A stretch of 64,000 nucleotides of DNA from Candidatus Aminicenantes bacterium (GCA_963809345.1 CAWEJF010000007.1:72708-136707); one strand, 5' to 3'. Shown: positions 35,333 through 45,272, numbered from the stretch's first letter. Notes: generated by a model not told the origin, from the sequence alone. A program made the numbers and translations.

Positions 35333-37799
35333 ATGGAAGAGCGAAGGATCATCGATTCCTGGAAGGAGATCTCCGCCTACCTCAACAGGTCCGTAATGAC
35401 CTGCCAAAGGTGGGAGAAGCAGCTTGATCTTCCCGTCCATCGATTGGACGGCACCCCCAAGGCTAGGGTCTTCGCCTACCCGGAAGAGCTCGACCGCTGG
35501 TTGGCGGAGAAGCTGCATTCGCGCGAAACCCAGGAGAAGCTTCGCAAGACTGCGTCCCGCCGGATATGGCGATGGGCCTTGACGACGGCCGCCGTTCTGC
35601 CATCCCTGGGGATCATCGGCGCTCTAACCTGGCGGCTTGTCCTCCGATCTGTCGTGCCCTCCCCCGCCCAAGTCCCCTCCCTGGCGGTCCTCCCCTTCGT
35701 CAATGACACAGGCGACGCGACCTGGGACGTCTGGAGGTTAGCCCTCCCCGATCTGATCACGATCGACCTGCGTCAGTCGAAGTTCCTCGACGTCATCAAG
35801 ACATCGAACCTGTACCAGGCCGCCGGAGCCCTCGTGGAGGCCGAAAAATTCTCCGCAGAGGACCTCAGGAAGATGGGCGAAAAGGCCGAGGTGGGTTATG
35901 CGGTCACGGGAAGCCTCGTCAAGTCCGGCGAGGACGTCGTCATCGTGGCCCTCGTCCAAAATGCCAGGTCGGGCGAAGTAGTGGCCTCCCCGCGTTCGAC
36001 ATGCCGTACCGAAAAAGGGATCTTCTCGAGCGTCGATGACCTGTCCAGAGAGATCAAGATCGCCCTGAACGTCAAGCCCCGCGAGATCCGCGGCGATATC
36101 GACAGGCCCGTGGCCCGGATAACCACGAAGTCCCCTCGGGCGTTCGTGCTCTACAGTCAAGCGTATCGCATCCAGGGAAAACGCAAGTTCGAGGACGCGA
36201 TCGCTCCGCTTCAGAAGGCCGTGGAATTGGACCCCCAATTCGGCCTGGCTTACAGAGTCCTGTCTTGGTGTTACTTGACTCAGTCCCGCAAGGAAGACCG
36301 GAAAAAATACATCAACAGCGCCGTCGGGCTGGCCGGACGGATCGAGGAGCGGGAGCGCGCCATGTTGCTGATCGACTTCTATAGATCGGAACAGCCCGAT
36401 AGAAAGAGGTATATCCAAGCGTTCCAGAGACTCGGAAAGAATTATCCGTATGACCGGCGAGGACGGGCTTGGCCGGTTTTATATGGGCCAGGAGGAATGG
36501 GACAAGGCGATCCCGATCTTGGAAAAATTGATCTTGAGGTATCCGATGAGGGACTCCGTCCTTTCCCCTCTCTTGAGCTCCTATCAAGCCCTCGGCCTCT
36601 ACGAGAGAGCGGAAAAGCTCCTCGAGGAGCATCTGGGCGGGGAACCCAAGCCCGAAGGGGAAATGATCCCTCTATGGTCTCAACGCTTGGATCTGGCTCT
36701 CGCACAAAGGAAGTTCGACGTCGCCCATGACATGCTCGACCGGCTGATGAACGCCTCTCCAGACAACACGTCGTATTCTTCTCAAAAAGGCTTCGTCCAC
36801 TTCATGCAGGATGATCTCCCGGACGCCGATAAGATGTATCAACAGCTTGTCGCGAACGAACGCCCCAGAACTCAAATGCACGGGTTCGAATACCTGGCCG
36901 CGGCGTCCTTGTCCCGAGGCAGGGTCGACGAGGCCAAGCAACGGATCCGCCGGGCCATCGAGCTGGCCAAAGGCCTTGAAGACTACGGCCCGGACCTCGA
37001 AAGGCCGTACCGTTATATCCTGGCCTACCTCGAACGCCTCTCCGGCCGGCTGCCGGAGGCCTTGAAGGAAGCCGAGCTTTCTTGCGAGGGGGTCACCGGA
37101 GGCCCATTCATCGTCAAGACGCTTTACCTGAGGGCCCTGATCACGGTAGAGATGAACCGGTTCGAAGAATTCGAAAAGCAGGCCGAGGAGATCAAGAGAT
37201 ACTTGGAATACCTGGGGCCCGACCGGGTCTTCACAGGCGCGCCCAGGTTCATGAGGGTCTATGACAACCTTCTCGGCCATCGCGAGCTCCAAAAAGAGAA
37301 TTACGACCTGGCCATCCAACATTTCTGGAAGGCCTTGGACCTCCTTTCGCCTCTGGCGGCCCAGAGCATCGACGCCGACCACGCGAAGTACTATTACGAC
37401 CTGGCCGAGGCCTATCGGTTGTCGGGAAATCTGCGGGATGCCGTCGTGATGTACGAAAAGGTCATTTTGCCGACAGTCAGTCGGGAATACTCCGGCGATC
37501 TCTATGCCAAGAGCTATTATTGGATGGGGCTGGATAGCGAGCTGATGATGCGTAGCACGGGGACGCCGGCTTTGGCCCAAGAGAGGCGCCTGAAAGCCAT
37601 CGCGAATTACCGGAAGTTCCTCGACCTCTGGGGTGAGGCCGACCCGATCTTCCCCGAGGTGGCGGACGCCCGTCAGCGCCTGGCCCGTCCTCGAAGCCCA
37701 GTAAGGGAATTCCGTCTCTTCCTCGTCGCCGGAAACCACAAGATACAACAATACGCAACAAATTCTCTTAATCTCCGTGGCTGCCAGAACGTCGCTTGA
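35333..37799 (+). pseudogene. membrane-tethered HTH - TM - periplasmic domain - TPR regulator-like protein, interrupted by a +1 frameshift (or assembly indel)
   Basis: ATG 35333 with GGGGGAG upstream. N-terminal HTH-like SWKEISAYLNRSVMTCQRWEKQLDLPVHRL and a single TM helix. The first frame turns to low-complexity junk after ...LGKNYPYD. TPR sequence GLGRFYMGQEEWDKAI... continues in track ORF 36450..37799, in the +1 frame. Confidence 0.7.
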
Positions 37800-37901
37800 C
37801 TTCCCTCAGCTGCGACCGCATCTTCTCCTTCAGAGGCGGAGGGATCGGCCCGTGAAGGCTTGGCCCGCTCCTCCTCAGAGTTCGCGAACGAGGAGGGCTT
37901 C

Positions 37902-38747
37902 ATGTCACAAAAATTCATTCGCGCTGTTCTTATGGTCCTGCTTGTCGCCGGCGTCGTCGGGACCGGGGTCGCCCAGAAAGGCGGGAGGAGCGTTGTCATC
38001 CCCATGATGGCGCTCTTTTCCGGGGAATCGGGGGTCAAGATCACTGACGACGGCCTCGGACCCTATGTCCACCAGGGAACTACGACCGAGCTGAATAACC
38101 TCCAGATCGAGGGCGACGGGCATTTCACAATGGTCGTTCGTTCCGTATCCGGCCGGAAGGTCAATCTCCTTTTCGATACCCTATGTCGGCTTCCTGGCAC
38201 GCCGAATCCGGACGGTTGCGCCGATCCCTACTTCCTCCTTTCGACAACCCCTGTCCAGACGACCTATTGGTCGCTTAGGACCTACTGGAAATGCCGGTAC
38301 ATCCCTCATGAAGAACCGGACGGAACTAAGTGGACCGAGCTGATCCGGTCGACGACCCGCAAAGATTCGACGATCCTCAACCTGAAGACCATGGTCAAGG
38401 GCGAGACGGTCGGCGTCTCCATTGAGGGGACGAGATTCCGCCCCTCCGACAACCAGGGGACCCCCGCTTATGATGAATCCCTGGACTTCTACCTTATGAC
38501 GGGTCAGCCGTTGTTAGAGACATCACCAGGCAGCGCGGCGTATCTTCTCGTCACGGCCACGGATTGGGACGGCGACGGCGTCATGGATTGGATCCTTCGG
38601 ACCATCCCGGGCAAACTTGTGGTCAAGGAGTACGACCGGACCGCTGTGCTGCCCGATGGCGATTGCTTCAGGCTGAACAGCGACTATCCGTGCGGATATG
38701 GCTCGTTCAAGCTGCCCTATGAACTGAAGATCGCCCGGATAAAATAG
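37902..38747 (+). CDS. secreted protein of unknown function
   Basis: ATG 37902 with GAGGAGGG upstream. Signal peptide MSQKFIRAVLMVLLVAGVVGTGVA. Contains DWDGDGVMDW. 281 aa. Confidence 0.7.
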   Translation: MSQKFIRAVLMVLLVAGVVGTGVAQKGGRSVVIPMMALFSGESGVKITDDGLGPYVHQGTTTELNNLQIEGDGHFTMVVRSVSGRKVNLLFDTLCRLPGTPNPDGCADPYFLLSTTPVQTTYWSLRTYWKCRYIPHEEPDGTKWTELIRSTTRKDSTILNLKTMVKGETVGVSIEGTRFRPSDNQGTPAYDESLDFYLMTGQPLLETSPGSAAYLLVTATDWDGDGVMDWILRTIPGKLVVKEYDRTAVLPDGDCFRLNSDYPCGYGSFKLPYELKIARIK

Positions 38748-38830
38748 GAGCTCTTCGACCTCGGACGGCAAGCTGGACCGCCGGGAGATCACTCCTCTCG
38801 TTCCCTGACGTCGCGCAAGATGGGGGGTGA

Positions 38831-38870
38831 GGGGGATATGGACGCCGAGCCCGTATCCCCTTTCGTTTGT
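38831..38870 (+). terminator. candidate terminator after the 281-aa secreted protein gene
   Basis: 7-bp stem ggggata/tatcccc with a 15-nt loop, followed by TTTCGTTTGT. Confidence 0.4.
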
Positions 38871-39017
38871 CTCGCCATGCCTCCGACGTCTCTATCCCCG
38901 CTTGGCCGCGACATCGCCCTCGATACCGCGTCACACACCGATTCTTTTCTGGTGCGCCAGGGATGAAACCTGATAAACTGATCAAAGGAATGACGCCCTA
39001 CGAAAGGAGCCCGAACG

Positions 39018-39728
39018 ATGCGTAAGAACGCCCTCATCCTCATCCTTGTGGGCTTGGCCCTCGGAATGACCCTCGCCTGCAAGAAGGCCGAGGAGCCCCG
39101 GACGCCGGCGGCACCGGCCGCCGCCCCCCAGGAACCTCAATGGACCGATCTATTCGGCGCCGACCTTTCCAATGCCGAGTTCCCGGCCGGGATCTGGACA
39201 GTCTCGGACGGCGTCCTCACGGCTTCGGAGGACCAGGCCATCTGGACCACGAAAGACTACGAAAACTTCGTCCTCGACCTCGAGTTCATGACGGCGCCCG
39301 GGACGAATAGCGGCGTCATCGTCTATTGCTCGGACATGGCCAATTGGATCCCGAACTCAGTCGAGATCCAGATCGCCGACGATTTCGCCGAGGAGTGGGC
39401 CAAGGAACCGGCCACCTGGCACTGCGGCGCGATCTTCGGCCATCTCGCCCCCACGAAGAGCATGGTCAAGAAGCCGGGCGAGTGGAACCGCTTCACGATC
39501 ACCTGCGCGGGACAGAGGATCTCGGTCGAGCTCAACGGCGAAAAGGTCACGGACATGGACATGAGCCTGTGGACCTCGGCCAAAACCAACCCCGACGGCA
39601 GCGAGATCCCGGCCTGGCTGAGCCGGCCGTTCGCCGAACTAGCCACCCGGGGGCGGATCGGCTTCCAGGGCAAGCACGCCGGCGCCCCGATCTTCTTCCG
39701 GAACATCAGGATCAAAGGGCTCAACTGA
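39018..39728 (+). CDS. DUF1080 (3-keto-disaccharide hydrolase-like) lipoprotein
   Basis: ORF track, 236 aa. Lipobox LGMTLAC. C-terminal GRIGFQGKHAGAPIFFRNIRIK is typical of DUF1080. AAAGGAG SD. Confidence 0.8.
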   Translation: MRKNALILILVGLALGMTLACKKAEEPRTPAAPAAAPQEPQWTDLFGADLSNAEFPAGIWTVSDGVLTASEDQAIWTTKDYENFVLDLEFMTAPGTNSGVIVYCSDMANWIPNSVEIQIADDFAEEWAKEPATWHCGAIFGHLAPTKSMVKKPGEWNRFTITCAGQRISVELNGEKVTDMDMSLWTSAKTNPDGSEIPAWLSRPFAELATRGRIGFQGKHAGAPIFFRNIRIKGLN

Positions 39729-39739
39729 TCGACGAAAAA

Positions 39740-39776
39740 TCTGCGTTGGGCCTACCTGACGCAGAATCGATTTTGT
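39740..39776. terminator. candidate bidirectional terminator between the DUF1080 and ATL genes
   Basis: 7-bp stem tctgcgt/acgcaga with a 12-nt loop. A5 lies before it and ATTTTGTG after it. Confidence 0.5.
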
Positions 39777-39815
39777 GTTAACTGGGATTAACCTAGAATC
39801 GGCCGGAGGAATCCG

Positions 39816-40203
39816 TCAACCTCGTTCGACGAGTCCCCTCAGGAACTTCCTGGCGGCGCGGGAGCGTCCGGCCGCCCCGCCTATCGGCTCCCACCGATAG
39901 CGTTTGAGATCGATCCGGCCGCCGCGACCCACCGCGACCCCTTCGGCCATGAGCCGCCGTCGTCTGTTCCTCGAAGCCCCGGCCCCGCCGCAAGGAGATC
40001 CGGCCCGGACCGCCGATCACCCGATGCCAGGGAAGCCCGGCCGCTTCCGACGAGGAATGGAGGATCCAGGAAACGCCCCGGGCCGCCCGCTCCCGCCCGG
40101 CCAGCGCCGCCACCTGACCGTAGGTTGCGACCCGGCCTCTGGGGATACGGCGGATGACGGCCTTGACCTCGCGAGTGAAGGGCGTTTCGCCGCGGGCGTT
40201 CAT
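39816..40203 (-). pseudogene. MGMT-family alkyltransferase-like (ATL) DNA-binding protein, interrupted by a +1 frameshift (or assembly indel)
   Basis: ATYGQVAALAG and PWHRV (Trp in place of the active-site Cys). After ...GRGFEEQ the family-typical RRRLMAEGVAVGRGGRIDLKRYRWEP... continues in the +1 frame and stops at 39816. The track ORF instead runs on as Arg/Gly junk to 39793. Confidence 0.75.
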
Positions 40204-40213
40204 GGCCGACGCC

Positions 40214-40225
40214 TATCTTAAGATA
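40214..40225. promoter_or_regulatory. perfect 12-bp AT-rich palindrome TATCTTAAGATA just upstream of the ATL gene
   Basis: Lies in the 27-nt gap between the DUF4097 stop and the ATL ATG. Its function is unknown. Confidence 0.25.
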
Positions 40226-40230
40226 AAGGG

Positions 40231-41043
40231 CTATTTCGTGAGCTTGATCGAGCCGTTTGTCGTGTGGAGGGAGATCCCGGGGCCGCCCTGGCCGATCCGC
40301 CCCTCGACCCGGCGCTTCGACTGGCCGAGGTTCTGGAGCGTGATGGGGAAGTCCACGGTGATGTGGCCGTTCGTCGTCCGGGCCGCAAGGTCGGCGTTGA
40401 GGGTCTCGGGAGAAGCGATGGCCAGTGTGATGGACCCGTTCGTCGTCTCCGCCGTGATACCGTCCTTGAACGTCACCCCCTCGAGCCGGATGTTGCCGTT
40501 GGTCGTGTCCGCTTCGATCCGCCCGTCGAACCGGCTGACGCGGACTTCACCGTTGGTCGTGCCCGCCTCGAGCATGCCCGACGCGTCTTTGACCGTGATG
40601 GTACCGTTCGTCGTCGCCAGGTCGACCCGGCCGTAGCGTCCGGTGGCATCGACCCCGCCGTTGACCGTGCCCACCTCGTCGAGGTTGACCCCCTCGGGGA
40701 CCATGACGGTGAATTCGACGCTGACATTGGCCCGCCGCGGGAACTTAGGCCAGATGGCCTTGACCGAGACCGAGCCGGCGCCCTCGTCGACCCGGATCTC
40801 GACCTTGTCCAGGTCCTCTTTGTTCCTGCGGGCGGTCTTGACGGCCTTGATCTCGACCTTGTCTTCTTTCCAGGTGGCGATCGTCACGCCGCCGTTGACG
40901 TTTTCAAGTGAAAATCGCTCGCCGGCCTTGAGCGGCAGGGTCTTCGAGAAATCTTCCTTATATTCCTCTCCGGCCAGGATGCAGGAGACCGCGAGAAGAA
41001 GCAGGGTGATGGTCAGCACGATGAGGACCTTGATTTTGGACAC
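40231..41043 (-). CDS. DUF4097-type beta-strand-repeat protein (putative adhesin fold) with N-terminal anchor
   Basis: GTG 41043 with GAGGAGG 5 nt upstream. Repeated TTNG(x)I motifs. 270 aa. The longer track ORF overlaps trpS. Confidence 0.75.
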   Translation of the reverse strand: MSKIKVLIVLTITLLLLAVSCILAGEEYKEDFSKTLPLKAGERFSLENVNGGVTIATWKEDKVEIKAVKTARRNKEDLDKVEIRVDEGAGSVSVKAIWPKFPRRANVSVEFTVMVPEGVNLDEVGTVNGGVDATGRYGRVDLATTNGTITVKDASGMLEAGTTNGEVRVSRFDGRIEADTTNGNIRLEGVTFKDGITAETTNGSITLAIASPETLNADLAARTTNGHITVDFPITLQNLGQSKRRVEGRIGQGGPGISLHTTNGSIKLTK

Positions 41044-41107
41044 GGGAACCTCCTCGAGAACGACGTTCAATAGGGTAGACGAACGGGGCCGGGAAAAGGT
41101 TCCTCCT

Positions 41108-42091
41108 CTAGAGAAGGCCCATGAGCTTTTTGGCCCCGTCGAGGGTCTCCCGGGCGACCACCCGGGCCTTGCGGGCCCCTTCCGCCAAGGCGTCACGGAC
41201 GCGGTCGGGGTTCCGTGCCAGGGCCTGCCGGCGCTCGCGGATAGGGTCAAGGACCTTCATGAGGTTCCGGTGGAAGATCTTCTTGCAGTCGATGCAGCCG
41301 ATCGTCGCCTCGCGACAGCCCTTGGCGATCTCCTCGAGCTCGGCTTCGGGCGTCGCGAGCTGGTGATAGCTGTAGATGTTGCAGCGGTCGGGATCGCCCG
41401 GATCGCTGCGGCGCTTGCGGGCCTCGTCGGTCTTGGCCGGCCGGAGCTTCTCCCAGATCGCCTCCGGCTCCTCGGCGACGCCGATGATGTTGTCCATGGA
41501 TTTGCTCATCTTCGACGCCCCGTCGATGCCCATGACCCGGGCCCCGCGCCCGATGAGGGTCGCCGGTTCGGGGAAGTACTCGCCGAACCGGTTGTTGAAG
41601 CGGCGGGCGACCTCCCGGCTGAATTCGAGGTGCTGGGCCTGGTCCTCCCCCACCGGCACGGCCACGGCCTTGTAGATGAGGATGTCCGCGGCCTGGAGGA
41701 TGGGGTAATTGAAGAGGCCGGCCGTAGTGTTCTCCCGCTCCCGCTCCGACTTTTCCTTGAACTGGGTCATCCGGCCGAGCTCGCCGAGAGGGGCCACGCA
41801 GTTGAGGAGCCAGCAGAGCTCGGTGTGCTCGGGGACGTGGCTCTGGATGAAGATCGTACACCTGTCCGGATCGAGGCCCGCGGCCATGTTGTCGAGGGCG
41901 GCGTCCCAGACGCGCTGCCGAAGGAGGGCCGGCTCGTAGGTGACGGTGATGGCGTGAAGGTCGACGATGGTGAAGAAGCAGTCGTAATCGTCCATGAGGC
42001 GGACCCAGTTCTCGACGGCCCCGAAATAGTTGCCGATGTGGATCGTGCCGCTCGGCTGGATGCCGCTCAGGATGCGTTTGCGGTTGTTCAT
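41108..42091 (-). CDS. trpS: tryptophan--tRNA ligase
   Basis: ORF track, 327 aa. GIQPSGTIHIGNYFG and KMSKS. Confidence 0.92.
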   Translation of the reverse strand: MNNRKRILSGIQPSGTIHIGNYFGAVENWVRLMDDYDCFFTIVDLHAITVTYEPALLRQRVWDAALDNMAAGLDPDRCTIFIQSHVPEHTELCWLLNCVAPLGELGRMTQFKEKSERERENTTAGLFNYPILQAADILIYKAVAVPVGEDQAQHLEFSREVARRFNNRFGEYFPEPATLIGRGARVMGIDGASKMSKSMDNIIGVAEEPEAIWEKLRPAKTDEARKRRSDPGDPDRCNIYSYHQLATPEAELEEIAKGCREATIGCIDCKKIFHRNLMKVLDPIRERRQALARNPDRVRDALAEGARKARVVARETLDGAKKLMGLL

Positions 42092-42111
42092 GGCCGGACC
42101 TCGTTTCGGGC

Positions 42112-42741
42112 TTATTGTATCAGAAGAGCCAGGAGTTCGGCGAGAACCATGGCCGTTGCCCCCCAGATGTTGTGGCCCTCGAAGGCGTAGAAAGGGACCT
42201 CGACGTCCCGGCCGCCATAGTGCCAGGTCTCCCGGCGGACGTTCGCAGGGTCGGCCAGATGATCGACGGGGGCCTCGATGACCTCGTCCACCTCTTCGGG
42301 CTGGATGTGGAACTCGAGGGGGCCGGGAATGACGGCCACGGTCGGGTAGATGCAGTAGTTGCTGGGTGTGATGTAGAGCGGCGTGAGCCGGCCCAGGACC
42401 CGGACGGCGCCGAGGTCGAGGCCCAGCTCCTCGACGGTCTCCCGGAGGGCCGTGGCCTCGAGGGACTCGCCCGGGTGCTGCTCGCCTCCCGGGAAGGAGA
42501 TCTGGCCGCGGTGGTTGAGGACCCGCTCGGTGCGGCGCGTCAGGAGGACCCGGAGCCGGCCGGACTTGACGTAGAGGAGGATGAGGACGCCGGCTTTGCG
42601 ACTGGTGTCTTCGACCTCGAAATACGCCTTGTGGCCCTGACGGGGTTCGGGGGCCATGGCGAGCTGAGCCGGGATTCCCGGAAGCGGGGCCCAGAGCCCT
42701 TTTTCTATCCGGGCCAGGATCTCGGCGGGCAGGAGGGACAC
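42112..42741 (-). CDS. NUDIX hydrolase (CoA pyrophosphatase-like)
   Basis: ORF track, 209 aa. Nudix box GGEQHPGESLEATALRETVEELGL. Confidence 0.8.
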   Translation of the reverse strand: MSLLPAEILARIEKGLWAPLPGIPAQLAMAPEPRQGHKAYFEVEDTSRKAGVLILLYVKSGRLRVLLTRRTERVLNHRGQISFPGGEQHPGESLEATALRETVEELGLDLGAVRVLGRLTPLYITPSNYCIYPTVAVIPGPLEFHIQPEEVDEVIEAPVDHLADPANVRRETWHYGGRDVEVPFYAFEGHNIWGATAMVLAELLALLIQ

Positions 42742-42751
42742 GGAAGGATGC

Positions 42752-44098
42752 CTAACGGCCGCGGCCGGCCAGGAGCTTTTCGATCTCGTCGATCTCCTTG
42801 GGCACGCCCGAGGTCAGGACCTCACAGCCGGCCGCGGTGATGAGGACCGTGTCCTCGATGCGGACGCCGAACCCCTTCTTCTCGTCGTAGAGTCCGGGTT
42901 CGATGGCGAAGACCATGCCTTCCTTGAGGACGCCGCCGAGAGGGACATCGTGGACCGAGAGGCCGACGCCGTGGCCGAAGCCCCCCATCTGCCCGCGCGG
43001 GTCGATCCCTTTGGCTTTCAGGGCGGCGGCAACGTGATCGCGGACGTCCTTCGGTGTCGCTCCCGGCTTGTAGGCTTCGATACAGGCTTTCTGGACCTCG
43101 AGGACCGCCCGGTAGACCTCGCGCTGATCGTCGGTGAACCGGCCCGTGGACGGCCAGGTCCGCGTGATGTCCATGGCCAGGTGGTCGAGGTCGGCCCCGA
43201 AGTCCATCAGAACGACGTCGCCCGGCTCGACCCGCCGCGTGTTCTTGTCGTAGTGCTGGATGCAGGAGTTGGGCCCGGAGCCGACGATCGGAGCGTAGGC
43301 CGCGCCCTTGGCCCCGCCTTTCAGGATGACGGACATGGCCGCGGCCTCGATCTCGTATTCGTAGACGCCGGGACGAGTCGCCAGCATGGCCTGCCGGACG
43401 GCCTCGGCCGAGAGCTTGCCGTTCCGGCGCAGGGCCGCGATCTCGCCCGCGGTCTTGATGGCCCGCATCTCGTCGACGACCGGGATGATGTCCCGGAGCT
43501 CCATCTGCGGGTAGCGCTGGCGCAGCTTCTCGATCCGGTAGAGGTCGGCGGAGAGCTGGTCGTTGTAGTGGCTGCGGGCGCGGCGCCCGTCGAAAAGAGC
43601 GGTCTCGGAGCGGGCGTCGTCGAGGGAGTCGCGGGGCGAGAGGCGGACGTGAAACCGGCCGGCGAACCGGGCCAGCGAGCGGGCCAGGAACTCGTCAAGA
43701 TAGCTCGAAGGGAAGATGTCCGTGAAGCCGCCCTTGGCCTTCCCCTCCGGGTCCTCGAGGAGGTTGAGGCCGTCCATCATCTTTTCGCGCTCCGTCTGCG
43801 GCGGCAGGAAGAGGTAGGCCCCCCGCGACGCCGGGACGAGGACGAGGATCGCACCGAGGTCCTCGTTCCCGGCGAAATAGAAGAAGTCGTTGTCCTGGCG
43901 GAAATGGGAGCCGGCGGGCGCGGCGGCGTCGCCGAAGAGGATGACCGCGCCGTCCTTGACGCGCTCCATCAGGGCGGCCCGGCGGCCGGTGAATTCGTCG
44001 GCGCTGAACCCGACCCGCTGGGCCGGGAGCGGGAGGGCGGTCAGCGCGGCGAGCAGTCCGGCCGTCAGGAGGACAGGGATCCTGGGGTTTTTCAACAT
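42752..44098 (-). CDS. exported M24-family Xaa-Pro aminopeptidase
   Basis: ORF track, 448 aa. Signal peptide. M24 metal-site motifs HGVGLSVHD and FAIEPGLY. Confidence 0.85.
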   Translation of the reverse strand: MLKNPRIPVLLTAGLLAALTALPLPAQRVGFSADEFTGRRAALMERVKDGAVILFGDAAAPAGSHFRQDNDFFYFAGNEDLGAILVLVPASRGAYLFLPPQTEREKMMDGLNLLEDPEGKAKGGFTDIFPSSYLDEFLARSLARFAGRFHVRLSPRDSLDDARSETALFDGRRARSHYNDQLSADLYRIEKLRQRYPQMELRDIIPVVDEMRAIKTAGEIAALRRNGKLSAEAVRQAMLATRPGVYEYEIEAAAMSVILKGGAKGAAYAPIVGSGPNSCIQHYDKNTRRVEPGDVVLMDFGADLDHLAMDITRTWPSTGRFTDDQREVYRAVLEVQKACIEAYKPGATPKDVRDHVAAALKAKGIDPRGQMGGFGHGVGLSVHDVPLGGVLKEGMVFAIEPGLYDEKKGFGVRIEDTVLITAAGCEVLTSGVPKEIDEIEKLLAGRGR

Positions 44099-44130
44099 TT
44101 CGCGACTCCTCTTGCCGGCGCGGAGCCGGA

Positions 44131-45108
44131 TCAGGCCTTGCCGAGCACCATGGCCAGCAGGGCCATACGGACGTAGAGCCCGTATTCCATCTGCCGGAAG
44201 TATGCGGCCCGAGGATCATCATCGAAGTCGGTGCTGATCTCGGTGACGCGCGGAAGCGGGTGCATGACGATCATCCTGCTCTTTGCGGCGGCCATGATGC
44301 CCTTGTCGAGGACGTAGGCGCCCTTGACGGACTCGTAGACCTCTTCGCTCTCGAACCGTTCGCGTTGGACGCGGGTGACGTAAAGGACGTCGGTCTCCGG
44401 GAGGGCCTGTTCGACGGTCCGGTGCTCCGTCTGACGCATGCCCTTGGCCTCGAGCTCGGCGATGATCTCGGGCGGCATGCGCAAGATCTCGGGCGACACG
44501 TAGTGAAGCCGGGCGTTGTAGAGGGAGAGCAGCCGGGACAGGGAATGGACGGTCCGGCCGTACTTGAGGTCACCGAGCATGGTCACCGTCAGGTCGTCCA
44601 TCCGGCCCAATTCCTCGTGGATGGTGAAGGCGTCGAGGAGGGCCTGAGTGGGATGTTCGCCAACACCGTCCCCGGCGTTGATAACCGGCTTGTGGGCGGC
44701 CGCGGCGGCCTTGGCCGCCGATCCGAGCTCAGGGTGCCGGACGACGATGACGTCGGCGTAGCACTCCAGCGTCCGGATCGTGTCCGGCAGGCTCTCGCCC
44801 TTGGCCACCGAGGAGTAGCGGACCTCGTTGATGTTGATGACGTTGCCGCCGAGACGCTCCATGGCGGCGATGAAGGAGGACGACGTCCGCGTCGAGGGCT
44901 CGTAGAAGATGCTGGCCAGGATCTTGCCCTTGAGCAGGTCGAACGTGCCGACCCGCTCGACCATGACCCTCATCTCGTGGGCGACACCGAAGATGTATTC
45001 GAGGTCGGAGCGGCTGAACTGCTTGACCGAGATGATGTCCTTGCCGTACCAGGGCGCTGTCCGCTGGTCACCGAAGGGCAAGTGGGGGTTCTTCGTGGGG
45101 CTGGGCAT
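44131..45108 (-). CDS. pyrB: aspartate carbamoyltransferase catalytic subunit
   Basis: ORF track, 325 aa. Motifs [16 protein letters not shown] and HPLPRV. GAAGGAGAG SD. Confidence 0.92.
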   Translation of the reverse strand: MPSPTKNPHLPFGDQRTAPWYGKDIISVKQFSRSDLEYIFGVAHEMRVMVERVGTFDLLKGKILASIFYEPSTRTSSSFIAAMERLGGNVININEVRYSSVAKGESLPDTIRTLECYADVIVVRHPELGSAAKAAAAAHKPVINAGDGVGEHPTQALLDAFTIHEELGRMDDLTVTMLGDLKYGRTVHSLSRLLSLYNARLHYVSPEILRMPPEIIAELEAKGMRQTEHRTVEQALPETDVLYVTRVQRERFESEEVYESVKGAYVLDKGIMAAAKSRMIVMHPLPRVTEISTDFDDDPRAAYFRQMEYGLYVRMALLAMVLGKA

Positions 45109-45247
45109 GACAGCTCTCCTTCTCGAAGGTCGCGTGCCGGGGCAGGATGCCCGGGATTCCGCATCATGCTACACCAGCATCGGAGAGGGAGTCAACGGAA
45201 AGGGGGCGTCAGAAGGCGCCGCGCCCGAGCGGGGGAGGGAGAGGAGT

Positions 45248-45272
45248 GAGGGGCGCCCCCGAGGCACCCCTC
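45248..45272 (-). other. strong GC hairpin in the pyrB upstream region, strand-asymmetric (G-U on minus strand, C-A clash on plus)
   Basis: The minus strand reads GAGGGGUGCC-UCGGG-GGCGCCCCUC, a 10-bp stem including one G-U pair. No U-tract follows. Confidence 0.45.

Noticed and set aside
38789-39082. 97-aa minus-strand ORF across the 38.8-39.0 kb gap
   Set aside because: It overlaps the start of the DUF1080 gene in antisense, has a low-complexity composition and lacks an SD.
9265-39963. Programmed +1 ribosomal frameshifting as the explanation for the four split genes
   Set aside because: The sites share no motif. There is no in-frame stop or rare codon at the shift point as in prfB, and no upstream SD-like stimulator. 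The zero frames stay open for dozens of codons only because of GC-rich shadow frames.
45202-45254. G-runs (GGGGG ... GGGGGAGGGAGAGGAGTGAGGGG) as a G-quadruplex
   Set aside because: Only three closely spaced runs are present, one loop is 10 nt, and the fourth run is 27 nt away. The same bases are better explained by the hairpin at 45248-45272.
45195-45265. Possible inverted partial copy of the element's CT-rich left part (cctctccctcccccgctcggg compared with cctccctccctccggctttgctcggg)
   Set aside because: The similarity is confined to low-complexity CT/GA-rich sequence and does not extend into the hairpin core.
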